The notes: generated by a model not told the origin, from the letters alone. A stretch of 62,570 nucleotides of DNA, filler included, from Circinaria calcarea (GCA_051942165.1; 14 parts of 14 records of this genome joined end to end with filler, not necessarily neighbours in it); one strand, 5' to 3'; counted from the whole stretch's first letter, positions 37,930 through 50,299 are shown. Translations and numbers: made by a program.

Positions 37930-38998
37930 CACTCCGGTGGAGCGTCGAAATCATGGTCCATTCCCGCGTATGCGCTTTGGACGTTGTAATTGACGGGTTT
38001 CCTTGCCCTCTTAGCTCGGGGTTCTTCCTGCGCCAGTATTTCATCTTTCTTGCTCCGCGCAACTCCTTTTCCTTTCGACTTGCGGGCTGGCTACCGACTT
38101 GACGGAGCGTCGGAATCAAGGTCCGTTCCCGCGTATGCGCTTTGGACGTCGTAATTGATCGACTTCTTTGTCCTCTTGGCTCGGTTTGCTCCTTCCTGCG
38201 CCGGTATAGGTTCGGCTTCGGCAGGTTCGTCGTTCTTGTTCCTGGCAGATGCTTTGCCTTTCGACTTGCGGGCTGGCCGACTTGGTGGAGGGACGTCTTC
38301 GCCAGATATATCGTCGGCCTCCTCCATAACCTTTCCTTTTCTCGTCGCCTTACGGCCTGCACCAGAAGTCCGCCGGGAATGGCAGGTTGTTGCTCAGCCG
38401 GTCGCTCCTCCTTCTCCCACTTCCTCTTGGCCTTCCTCAGCCGTATCTTCCAAAAAAAAAAAAAACGCCGAGTCCGTCTTAACGCCTCGATGTCTTCTTC
38501 ATTCAGCTCCACGTCGCCAACATCTTCAAGGTCCTCGGACTCGTCAACCTCCAAGTCACAGTAATCATCCTCATCACCATCCGGACTCTCAGCCGGGGTT
38601 AAGACACTGAATCCATGCTCATCACCGGATTCACCCACGACCAGTGTATCATCCGCCTCCTCCTCTTCCTCTTCTTCCGCATCATCATCCGCGGCCTCCT
38701 CCCCTTGCCTTTCATCATCCTTCCTCTCTTCTTCATCGTTCTCATCTCATTCAGCATCGCCCGCTACCAACGTATCGCCTTCGAGGTCGATAATCTCGGG
38801 CTGCGGAGCACCCAGCTTCGCCGCGCATGCAGCACGTGTAGAAGAGTGAGTGGCTCTAGTATCCGTAGAGCCTGTCGATGGTCCGGCAACATGTAGTCTG
38901 CCAGATTCGACAGCGGTCTGACCGCTCGCAGATTCTTCACTATCGGTGCTGTTGGCAACAACGCGCACCGCACGGGCTTTATCTTCATATGAAGGCAT
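37930..38998 (-). pseudogene. Disrupted gene for an acidic/basic low-complexity protein with an internal duplication
   Basis: The MPSYEDK frame hits TGA at 38749-38747 but continues in frame as a D/E tract into ORF 37700-38638. The apparent coding frame shifts at the poly-A run near 38452-38465, and further stops follow. A ~165-bp block is duplicated (near 37938 and 38104). Confidence 0.55.
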
Positions 38999-39891
38999 TC
39001 TGATCTGTATATAATGTTTTATAGCGTGTTTTGTAGTAAAGAATTGAAGCGTTAGCCGTACCGCGACAATGTATAGATTTTGTATGGGGAAATAATTCTC
39101 AACGCTGACCATAAACACTGGGCGATTGTCGCAAATTTCAAGTTTAGCATTATCAAAATGTCAAAAATAAAACTCCTGTAATTGAAAAGTTTTCCCAGTA
39201 TATAGACAAAAGCGGATAAGCCCCAAGCATCCTGAATATGCTAGTTATTACTCCGATTCACCTACTGTTACTGCCAGGCACCCTCCTACCCCCTTTTCCC
39301 AAGCAAACCCTCCCGTAGCATTCTTAAACGAGTCCGTAAGCCTGAAATGTTCCTGGTTCTCGTTCTTGTCCTGTTCCGAGAAGTGGAGATGTCAGAACTG
39401 TAGTAGCGGTACGGTGTTGGTCTCATATATATGGACGAATAGAAGATGTGGACAAGAAGGCCATGTAGTGGAAAAGATCCAGACGTACTAGGAGTTTAGC
39501 GCCCGCGCGATTGATACCAGACGGACAGGGCTCCCATTGGTCCGGACCGACCAAGCACCTGACCTATCTTGATTGTTCATCATGACATGATGGGATAGGA
39601 TGGCATTCACTACGATTGTTCAATTTGTCAATATCGTTCTTCAATCATTGAAGTCTACCACAGTAGTCTTTGGGATGCGAAAGAATGTTAAATCTCACGT
39701 ATGACAAGATCTGCAATCATTGGTTTTGCTGCAACGGGACAAGAGATGTATCTGCATCTATACATCCTGAAAACTTCGTCCCTACGCAAGTCGCGCTTCT
39801 TACAGATGGCACTTTGTTTGGCATGCTACCGTTATGAGTATCTGATCGTCCACTGCGCTGCTTGAGCCCTATCCCTGCAGAAACACGAGAT

Positions 39892-40165
39892 ATGGCAACC
39901 GTCAACAGTTCGGAGCAATCGTCCACGGAGGAGTATGAAGAGGATTCGACTACGACCATAGGTGAAGGCTGGCTGTCGCAGGGACGTTTTACCGCAGAGC
40001 CATCGCCGCCGTCTGCTGAAAGTAGTAATGCTTCGCAACCCTCCAAGGTATCTCTACCGATGCAGAAACGTAGACGGGTTACTCGGGCATGTGATGAATG
40101 TCGCCGGAAGAAGATCAAATGCGACGGGAAACAGCCCTGTACCCATTGTACGGTGTATAGTTACG
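39892..40165 (+). CDS. ASG1: Zn(II)2Cys6 transcription factor, Asg1-like, 5' exon (3' truncated; an upstream exon is possible)
   Basis: [33 protein letters not shown] followed by donor GTCAGT. This cluster sequence is characteristic of Asg1 orthologues. Confidence 0.8.
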
Positions 40166-40333
40166 GTCAGTGGTTTTATTCAGTATGCTCGGACCGACAG
40201 GGCAAACGTTGCAAACACATTTGTTAACAAGGCNNNNNNNNNNNNNNNNNNNNNNNNNNNNNNNNNNNNNNNNNNNNTTAATTAATTAANNNNNNNNNNN
40301 NNNNNNNNNNNNNNNNNNNNNNNNNNNNNNNNN

Positions 40334-41408
40334 AAATGTGTTCAATGTATGTTTCCAGCCCTGCCCGCTATCTTGAAGGGCGAGTTGTATGCCAAAGTTC
40401 AATCCAAGCTGCATAAGCCACCGGGCAGGGTGTATGCGGATCGAGGTTGTGCGGATGAAGTCATCGCCGTCCAAATCTTCAGGGTCTTTACGACGGCTTC
40501 TACCAACTTGACTAACTTCAGACGATATGCAGAAAGTACCAAACAGGCTGTGCACCACATTATCAGACCAGTACGTGATAACGTCTTTGCTGCACGGGTG
40601 TTGCGATTCAAGACCTGACTGACAATCGCTGGTAACATCTTCAATTATGGTGTCAACCTCGAAAACACGTGTTGAGGGGTCATGCGGGGTCTGTTCCAAA
40701 GCTCTCCCGATTCCATATGCTAGTCCGACGCTTAACACGGGATTTGGGATTGTCGACGTGACGTTGGAAACCTGAGACTGCAATGCTCCGACATGAGACT
40801 CAAGGTCGGCTTGCGCAGCTCTCGTTTCAAGAATCAGTGGCGGGCTGTTTAACTGCAGTTGTGTGAACTGGGTGGTCAGGCTTGACAACTGACGGGAATA
40901 GCTATCATGGTAGGCATGAAGAGTCCGTCTGCAGATGACCACTTAGCAAAAGAGCCCGAGTGTCGGCCGTGGTGGGTTCCACAGACCTGAAATCGCCCTG
41001 TTGAACTAAAACGAGTGTGATTTTGGTATCTCGCAGTATGTCCTGGAACTTCTTGATCTTGTTTCCCTTGAGCACTGCCTTAAAAGCCCCCCATTTTCTT
41101 CCCGAGGAAGTTGCGTTCCGGAGCCCACCCTCTAGCTTCCTAGTGATTGTGGTGAGAGTGTTTATCTGGGAAAGGCAGCTTTCGAGTATATCCATGGTTG
41201 TTTTATCCGGACCGTATCGTAGCTCGACATCGTGTATATCCTGTACGACAACTTGTAACAATTTAAGCTCTGTGCTGATAGCTTGAATGTCACCGGGCGC
41301 ATCCTGGATGGAGCCCCAAAAGACGTATAAAGCCCTAACGCCGGATACCAATTGACCAGCGAGGGAAACAACAGCGATGGCACTGGCCGCAGTCGAGAGC
41401 CCGTCCAT
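40334..41408 (-). CDS. Protein with a fungal STAND-type (HeLo-like/SesA-like) N-terminal domain (3' truncated)
   Basis: MDGLSTAASAIAVVSLAGQL...FWGSIQDAPGDIQAISTELKLL...KWGAFKAVLKGNKIKKFQDIL. An intron near 40930-40986 leads to IHPARWL...SGQGWKHTLNTF. Confidence 0.8.
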
Positions 41409-42022
41409 TGCAGCATCAAGTCAATGTGCATGGAGAAAGAAAAGGAGACCGTCGACAACGAAATCGCAAAAGTGACATGGCTCAGCCTCGTGGGCAGTAA
41501 TAAAATAATTGGCTGAGATTACCGCTGAATTCCATACAACGCATGCTCGCATGCTGCGGGCTACGCTAAGCCAATTCCGAAATTCACAGCAATCCACTCG
41601 GTAGCACAGAAGGTCCAAACTTATCAATGCTACCTTACTCATCGACATTCTTTAAAATATAACAAATATAGTTCAAGAATTCGATAATAAGGCCAATTAA
41701 GATGAAATTAACCAGCTCAGTTTTTTTTGACTTCTATTGAGTTTAGTTTCTACTTGAATGTTAACACACTGTGTAAGTTTTCGGAGTCTGAGCTGATTCG
41801 GACGACACCCCTGACGCATCACTGCAGGTGAGTGGTTGGCGCAGTTACATCGCGCCTATCAACTTGATGGATTCCCCCATCTACAGTGGATTACCATCAT
41901 CTGCCGTAGATTTGCTACACGTTCCGCGTGTCTTGTTTTGTAGGTTTCGTCAGCTAGGAAACCTGTCCTTTCCTCCTTCGCGATTCTATTTGATCTTGTA
42001 CGCTAGAATCTTTCTCGCATAA

Positions 42023-44140
42023 ATGGCCGAAGTGGTTGGTGTCGTGGCCAGCGGCATTAGCATTGCCACCCTTGCGGCGCAAATTGCCAATAGCGTTACC
42101 AAGCTCAAGTCGTACTGGGACGAGCTCAAGGAAGCACCAGAAGACATTAGGTTACTGATAGAAGAGATTGAGGACCTCAACCTCCTACTGTACGATGTCG
42201 AAGACGACCAGCGCCGTAATGCCATGTCAAGCAAACTTCTGGACAACACATCCGCATCAAGATGCCTCGAGCATTGTAAAAGAGGAGCCGATAGTCTCAA
42301 GGAGCTGACAGATGATCTGGCTACTGATCTTAATGGTCCAGATAAATTGAGGCGAAAGTGGGCTTCTGCAAAGGTAGTTCTCAAGAAAGATAAGATTGAA
42401 AAGTACAAGGCACGACTGGAGAGAGCTATCAGATTGCTCTCGTTGTCACACCACAGCTACACGAGGTAGATATTATACCCACAATCGTCGTTCATTGCTT
42501 TTATCATTCTCTGCTAACATCTATCAGGGCTCTATTGCAGCTTCAGCCCGACATCATTGTCTCGCGAATATCTCATACTATGAATACCATACAGAATCAT
42601 AATAATGTGATGAATAGTTTATCTACTACAGCTACCAACAAGCTATCAGTCACAGCTTCTCAATCTCAAATTGAAGTCTTTGGATCCCAAGATGTCCAAG
42701 TCCGTCCATCAGGAAGCCAGTACAACAAACAGCTTTCAAAGAGACGAGTGAAAAAGCGCGAAGAACTAGTAGCTCGCCATCGGGTCCCAGTATGGGCCAT
42801 GAAGTGGGCATGGGATATTGAATTCTTTCGGTCGCGGTCTGGCTGGACGGTTAGATTAAATCCTATAAACATGATTCCACGGGACTCGTCAGTTCTCGAA
42901 GCAATCGAATCTGGAGATCTGAGAGCGCTCCAGAAACTATTTGAAACAGGGCAGGCGTCTATTTCAGACAGGACTGCAGACGGCGTAACTTTATTGCAAG
43001 TAAGCTTGTCAACCCTTTAGTATTACGGGGTCTCTATTCAGCTGTTCTCTGAACTTATAATGCTTACTCTAGTAAGTTAGCTATAGTTTACCGTAAATTT
43101 CCCATATGTCGGTTCTTATTAGAGCACGGGGTTGATCCGAACGAAGCCGGTCGCGATATGCAGTAAGTCGGTGGCTTTAGGAAGATGGTTTGGATAACAT
43201 TCTTAATGGCTCTAGCGCACCAATGACGGACCTTATACTAAACAGCTTACTTCGGCCACAAGACGCCAGAGCCGTAATGGATATGGTTAGCCTCATGGTC
43301 AATGTCTACGACGCAGAATTTCACATATCACTGCTCGGAAAGTTCAGAGGGCCAAAAGAAGTATTCTTATTATTGCAGCAACATACGGAAGTTCCTTATT
43401 ACGAAATTGCCTTAGAGATACGTGCTGATGTGGCAGTGAGGCTCACAACATGGGTCCCTACAAACAGTCCCGAATTATTCAAAATCGCCTTTGCCATGCA
43501 TCCCGGACCAATTCCTCTTGCCGCAGTTCAATACAAATCATCCGACGGAGAAACGCTTTTACATGGTATAGCTACTGCTCTCGGTATTGTCTCGACATCC
43601 AAGCATGAAAAGTGCATAGAAGATTTGGCAGGTAGAAAACGCAAGCTCTTAGCCAAGATCAACCGCTAATGAGTTATAGGTTGGCGAGCGCTACTGCGTG
43701 AGCTTGTCCTCCATGGGGCCGATCTTCACGCCGTTCTTACATGGAAAAGAAGAGAAGGCGAATGGCCCTCAAGAACTCCATTTCTCGACCTCTTAAAGGG
43801 GGCAACATTGTACTGTGAGGGCGTATGCAGCTCTCAAACGCTAGATCAGCCGCTAAAGGTCTGGCTGGAAGATCTTGAATCATGCGGGGTCAATCTTCTG
43901 GAGTATGGCCGTAAGGAGAAAGCGCTATATAACGAAGTTGTGATGCAGCAAGATTTCTATCTTGATATTTTCCCGAGGGGCGCTCTGGTCCGATATTGGC
44001 GTTTGATAGGTTTCTCGTTTGGAGCCTCTCCAAGCGACTGGCATATCTGGGGATCAGAGATATCCGATAGCTTCGCAGGAGAATTTTGGTCGATGATCGA
44101 GCCTCCTGAGATATCTGTCCCCGGAAGCTGGATTGAATGA
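42023..44140 (+). CDS. Complete five-exon HeLo-like/SesA-like N-terminal domain plus ankyrin-like repeat protein, no NACHT
   Basis: The exons splice in frame: MAEVVGVVASGISIATLAAQI...WDELKEAPEDI; SRSGWTVRL...GDLRALQKLFETGQASISDRTADGVTLL; ICRFLLEHGVDPN; GETLLH; LVLHGADLH...RTPF; WLEDLESCGVNLLEYG; VPGSWIE*. Confidence 0.85.
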
Positions 44141-44619
44141 AGGACATGAAAGCGAGCAGTTCTTAGACTTGATTTGCATATTGATGGCTAAGAGCTAATG
44201 TTGGAAACTCACGGCCTCACATACTAGGCGCTAGAAAACGTATCAGTGGACGACTTGATTGACGAAGGATTCATAGTGTCCTGCGTCAATGAAAGCGGAA
44301 ATTCCTTGGGAGGAGATCGTGAACATAAGCCTCCTTACATTTTCACTAATCACGGCACTTCTTTGCCCCCAACGGCTGTGTCAAGTCCAGCTTCTTCAGT
44401 AATCTGGGGCTCCGCTCTCTTACTACTACCTTGGATTACCGAAACATCACGTTATCTCCTTAAGAATACCAAAGTCGACCGATCGCTGAAGATTATGGGT
44501 GCTGTAATGGTACTTCAAGAATATTGAGTTTCATATTGGAGAGGCACGCCGTTCTATTGGTACCTCACCGCCATACTATCCTCCTCCACCCGTTGGAAAA
44601 CTGCGTGATCCTTGCAGGC

Positions 44620-44689
44620 TTTCCTCCCACTTCCTTTCCTCCCACTTCCTTTCCTCCCACTTCCTTTCCTCCCACTTCCTTTCCTCCCC
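44620..44689. repeat. 15-bp tandem repeat (TTTCCTCCCACTTCC) x4 plus a partial unit
   Basis: Directly visible next to the contig end. Confidence 0.95.
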
Positions 44690-44806
44690 ACCCTTTTCCC
44701 CTACCTNNNNNNNNNNNNNNNNNNNNNNNNNNNNNNNNNNNNNNNNNNNNTTAATTAATTAANNNNNNNNNNNNNNNNNNNNNNNNNNNNNNNNNNNNNN
44801 NNNNNN

Positions 44807-46761
44807 ACCCCCCACAAGCCCTTGTGAAAGTTCCGATACGATCGGTATCTCTCAAAAGTTTGTGATATCGGCAACGAACACAAACGAGCTTTGAAGGTAA
44901 CCATTAATTGGAAATCGTCCCTCCGGCTACCATAGTACTCCAGACGCTGATCGACGCGAAAGACGCATTGAGGCGTGTCCGGACCTGATGAGTTTTTAAT
45001 CCTCTGTATGGGAACAACGTAATGTGGCTTTATCAAATTATCGCACCCTGGCGAATCTCTGATTCGGGACTTTCGAACCTCGCTATTTGAATCGGTTGGA
45101 ATCCCTTTTCTGATATACAGAAGCTCTGGCTGTATCTCGGCCGGGTCATTATCGCCAACCGTGCTGAGGAACACACTCCATCCAAAATCACTAACAAGAA
45201 ACACCGTATTGCCATGGGCACTTTCTTCACTTATGAATCTAGGTCCTACCAGCAGCTGGGATACAAAGTATAAAAAGTCCTTTTCACCAATTTGCAGTAG
45301 TCTGTTGATTAAGGTCCGATCGAGAACTATCAGAGGCTCCGAGAGTCGTGTATCTCCAAGGATTAATGGTAGCCCAGCATAGTTCTCCACACCAGAAATA
45401 GTTGCGAAGACAACAACTAGATTGGTTAGATGTCTGATAAGTCTTTTAAGATCAGTATCAAACCAGTCTTTGTTATTGCCATAAGCCTTGTTGGTATAAA
45501 TCTCAAGGGTACGTGGCAAGGAGATATTCGTGTGAAAACTTGCTTGCTCGATTCTTTCGACCTGAGTATTCACAGCGACCTCGTCAAATTCAATTTCATC
45601 GAATATCAATCTAGCGGCTGCAATAGTTCGCCAACGATCGATTCTTATTTGCTCATGCCTTCTGCTACGCTCATGCCTGCTGTCCGCGTAGAATGCATTG
45701 ATTCGTACCATTTTCTTGCAAGTAATAAGCGCGAAGGCAATTATAAGCTCAGTCGCCTCCAAATAGAGTGGGCTACCAGACGAGGTGATTGTTCGAGTGT
45801 TGAATTCTCTGCGAAGGCATGTGCTACCAAAGTTCTTTAGCGGGTGTCTCTCGCTGGCTACTATCTGTATGCCTTCGAATAAATCCGGTTGTGATTTGAG
45901 AATTACTTTCATTTCATTATCCAGGAGACAAATTTCCGGATCTTGGTGCACATCAGTCAGCTGCCATTCAATAATGACTTGGGCTGGCCCACTGCCGAAC
46001 CAGACGTCTTCACGCGGGGTTTTAAGTAAAATAACAAGGCCAAGTAAGTAATGAGCCCAGGTGATCACGGTAGTGAAGCCTTTTTGATTACTAATGGTAA
46101 TCTTTCGGTGTTCGGGAAGGCTCTGGACCAGGTATAGGTAATCGATGGTGGCAAAAAGGGTGTTGAATGTCAGTAGTGTCGACTCTCCTCTCAAACAAGT
46201 ATCGTGCTGCTCTAACACTGCCTGAACTCTTAATTCGATGGACTGAATAAAATCGCTCCACAAGAAGGGACTCGTCTGCGAACTGCATATCTCCAGAGTT
46301 CCCATCAATCTATCAAAGCTAGGTTCAGGCCTGGCATTAGGAAGCTTCATTCGAAAACGCCTGGCCATGCATTCTACCAAAGCTGCAGCCAAACTAGTTC
46401 TGTCATGCGTCCAGCCCAACATAGACAACTGAATAACCGTTGCTAGATAGCCTGGATCGTCGTCTCTGAAAGCTCTGGTTACCGTTGGCCCCGGCCGTGA
46501 GTCCAGTACTATTTGACTGTCTCGGTACAGTGGAATGATTCTGGTATCTTTCAGAGTGACTCTTTTAAACTGCTCGATAAAATCCGGCATGATCCTCCCG
46601 CGTCCAAACAAAGCTGCCAAGTCCTCTTCAACAATAAGATCCGAGCCAGATTTCTGGAGCTCACGGGCAAAACTGACGACATGATCAAAGGTCGACTTGA
46701 CCATCTCCCGCACCGGGAACACATTTGTCAACTCTATGGCGAGTTGGAACCCTGCTTGCAT
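44807..46761 (-). CDS. Large intronless uncharacterised fungal protein (>650 aa, 3' truncated)
   Basis: Uninterrupted, globular-looking ORF. Probable start MQAGFQLAIELTNVFP. Motifs FARELQKSGSDLIVEEDLAALFGR, VIQLSMLGWTH, WAHYLLG and LVSDFGWSVF. Confidence 0.8.
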
Positions 46762-47649
46762 AGCTGCTGCGATCTGGCGTGACTGTGTATTCGGTTCACC
46801 TTGTGTTGTGCTACTATTCAATGGCAGATCGAAGAGCGTGTAGAGAGGTTGTGGCTATAAGAGGGATCGGGTATTATGAGTAAGACTTAGTTGCAAGACA
46901 CGTAGAAAGGTAACTGTGGACCAAAATAAATTGTAGGTAGGGAAGGGTAAGGCTGGGAATAGGTTCCTTCAGCCTCGCAGGGAAAGCGCGCTAATCAAGC
47001 GCTCTTTTCGCTCCATACATATCTCTGCCATCCTCCCCGAGTGTCCACACACATAGCATACATACGCACTCTATTCCAGACCACAAAATACGCAGCATAC
47101 ATATACGTAGTACGAGATCGCATAGCACATTCCATAGCAATTTATCCATACACATTCTTACGGCCAAATCGCGCATTGCTCTTGGAGAACGTAGTAGCCC
47201 TCCCTGGAATGCACCTCCTTTCTCCAAGCTCGATTGTACCTTATACGGGAAACCTGATACTACACATACGTCAGGTCACCACTGTGCGAGAACTGGTCGA
47301 TATTCAGATAGTAGTATCCTTTGAAGAGCCGCAAGAACATTACGTGCACGTATTTATATCAATCCGAGAATCCGGACCGCGACAGACATCTCGATCCCGA
47401 CTTTAGTAGTTCTCCGTTGGTTTCTGAGGGCTATCACGGTACCATGGCAGATGGGGAGGGGTTTTGAGAAGATGGGAAAGGATTGAGATTGTATTGTCTA
47501 TACGGCCGAAGATCTGAAGGCAAAGCTATGGTCTATCATGGGCTTTGACCACCCACGCGCTAGTGTGACCCAACATACATGTTAGGTATCAATTTTCAAG
47601 TTATGAAACGCAAGACGAAGTAGTCAATAAGGAACGACTGCAGGTGAGC

Positions 47650-49157
47650 TCAAGCCAAGGCGCCCATAGGGTCCCATAATGAGAGGCTGCGGACCGGGTC
47701 AGAATTGGGCCCAAAAGAAGGGGGATTCAGCGGCAACTTACACAATCGGCTCTTTATCCAGGATACTCCTAACCTCCTTCGATACGAACCTAGTGGCACT
47801 GTCAGACCTAACTTCTGCGAACAAAAGATACGACCTACCTCGGATCCACCACTGCTTGGTAAACAAACTGATCCATCCATGAATCGGTCATCACAAACCA
47901 TCCGTCCGCACCTGCATCCTTGCCCCAACTGTTTTGCACCCTCCATCTCACCGGTTTACCTTCAATGACATGAACAGCTGTCAGCACCATGGCATGCGTC
48001 ATGGCACTTTCTCGTGTCATTAGCCTCTGTGCCTTCGACAGACCAAGACGGATGTTGAAGCCGAGTTCGTAATCGATGAGACCCGTGTCCATGACTCCGG
48101 TGCGGTTGGAGAATTGACCGACATCGCTGCCGAAGAAAATGGGGAGGCCGGAGCGGAGCATGGAGATGCAGGCGGTTTTGATGGTCTGTGGTCTTCTTTA
48201 GTCTGAAGGTGGGAAGTCTGGGGTAGGGGGATACGTACGGTCATGTCAACGTTGACATAGGTAATTCCTCGCATCCCATAAATGTTGCCTAGCCTGGATA
48301 CGGTCATGAGCTCACCGTACTTATTCCTCGGGTCATTGACAAGACTGAACAGCTCGTGAACATCTGTTCCCGAATTTGCACGCAAGCTTTCGCTACTTGA
48401 GAGCTCGGCGGCGAATTTCAACGGGCTAAGATTGACACTATGGAACTTTTTATTTTTGTCGTAGTATTCCCATGTGAAATCTTTGGTCGGGCTAGGAGGC
48501 GGACCCAGCATCAACGTGAGGATAAGGTGAATCTCTTGAAGCATCTTCTCCTTGACGCCTCCGAGGGATGATTTGGCGTTGGGGGACTTGGCGGACAAGC
48601 GGCGTAGCTCGAGTGCGTCGTCGCGAAGTTTGGTGGTGATGATGTGGGACATGGTACTCGAGTTCATAGCATTGTAAGAATCAGGATACAGAGCTTGTGG
48701 AACCTAGATCCAGAAATCAGCTCAAGGACTCTATGTGGGGGGAGCAGGTACGTACTAAACCATATTTCTCGACCAAATTGGCTACCATATCCCACTGTCC
48801 GCCATCACCCACAGGCGACGACAACAAGGTCTGCACTACTCTGCCATCAAGGTCCTCTGTTGTCGTGTCAAGGATCTGCTCGAGGAAATAATTCGCCTTC
48901 TCTAGCTTATCCCAGTAAAAGAGGTAGGCCTGACTGAGCTCGAACTCCTCCAGGTTATGCCTTCGCATAACTGCAACTCTGAAGACATTGGTGGCGGCGA
49001 AGAGCCAGCAACGGCCAGAAGAGCGTTGATTTGTGATTGGAGCACCCTCAAAAGGGATCTTGATGTTAAAGTTTTGTGTATCGGCGATGGTAGCAGATCG
49101 CTGGGTGAGGACGGCCTTGGCGTCATTGGAGCTTAGGGCCGAGAGAGCGAGGCGGTT
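47650..49157 (-). CDS. LAP3: Bleomycin hydrolase / cysteine aminopeptidase (peptidase C1B), 5' truncated
   Basis: Catalytic Cys in NQRSSGRCWLF, ELSQAYLFYWDKLEK, DGGQW, His in MTHAMV, Asn in VQNSWG, and C-terminal WDPMGALA*. Multi-exon. Confidence 0.96.
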
Positions 49158-49275
49158 CTGATATCGTCAGAAGGANNNNNNNNNNNNNNNNNNNNNNNNN
49201 NNNNNNNNNNNNNNNNNNNTTAATTAATTAANNNNNNNNNNNNNNNNNNNNNNNNNNNNNNNNNNNNNNNNNNNN

Positions 49276-49942
49276 ACCATCCTGTCGGCTGTCTATGGTC
49301 CCGATGACGTTACTACGGAAGCAATGTCGACACTTCCTCAAGGTGATAACATGGTGATTGATACCAATAATTTCACCTTTAAGGACAACTGGTATGTACC
49401 TAGTCTACTTCTCTCCTATACCCATGATTGGCATCTACGTAATAAAGGTTGCAAGTCGGGCCCGAATCGAACACCTAAGTGAAGTATACTATAATGAAAG
49501 CCATCGCTAACCACATAATCTTCCCAGGTTTGGCCATGTTAAATGTCTTTCCTTACTCCACCGCTACGGCAACAACAATCAGACCGGCATTCGGACATTT
49601 ATCGGATGTGACCAAACGGGAAAATACACCCTCAGGCCTGGAGATGTCAGCCTCTCGATCAATACTGAAACAATCACCAACTTTGGACCGACAACATCTA
49701 CCTTCCACATCCTTAGTGTGGTATGGCAGGGGCAAGAGATTAGAAACCAGAATGTGTATCAGACCCTATTCAACAATGCAAAGAACAATCAGGCTGTCGT
49801 ATTCAGTAATAGTATTTTTGGAATTGATCCTAACTTTGGACAAGTAAAGGCCGCCGTGATATTCTACACAACCGATAATTTCGAAACCATCAAGAATATG
49901 CATGGAATAGAGGGCACTAAGGCAAATTTTGAGTTTTTATAG
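49276..49942 (+). CDS. Two-repeat SUEL/DUF3395-like (lectin-like) protein, 5' truncated
   Basis: Exon TILSAVYGPDDVT...FTFKDNW, intron 49392-49527, then FGHVKCLSLLHRY...HILSVVWQGQEI...NSIFGIDPNFGQVKAAVIFY...EG*. The pattern I-L-x-[AV]-V-[YW]...F-x(1,2)-D-x2-F-G-x-V-K occurs twice. Confidence 0.65.
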
Positions 49943-50038
49943 AAAGCGTTTTAAGAAAATTACGAATAATTATTAATAATTATACCCCGCTTATATTGGA
50001 CACTTCGGTTTACTATTTATTAATAACACCCGGTTTTG

Positions 50039-50299
50039 CGTAAGGATCCTTTACGAATAGTATAGTGATCGTACGAATTGTAAGGATCCTCTACGAATAG
50101 TATAATGATCTTACGATTAAGGGTCGGTAAACTGTGTGACAATGTGCTCAATGGGTTCGCATAGCGTCTGAATTATCGCTAAAGAATTCTGGTGTAAACG
50201 CTTCGCGAGAAAACCTTCCTCGCCAAGCCAATACCTCGTGACCTCGGTATATAGTTCACCCGTAGGGTTCGTAGGGGTTCTCTGATAGAGGCCCTTACA
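50039..50299. mobile_element. Second copy of the LTR (50079-50299) preceded by a tandem copy of its first 40 bp
   Basis: TGTAAGGATCCTCTACGAA...GCCCTTACA is colinear with 12935-13153. Bases 50039-50078 repeat its start. No target-site duplication is seen. Confidence 0.88.
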
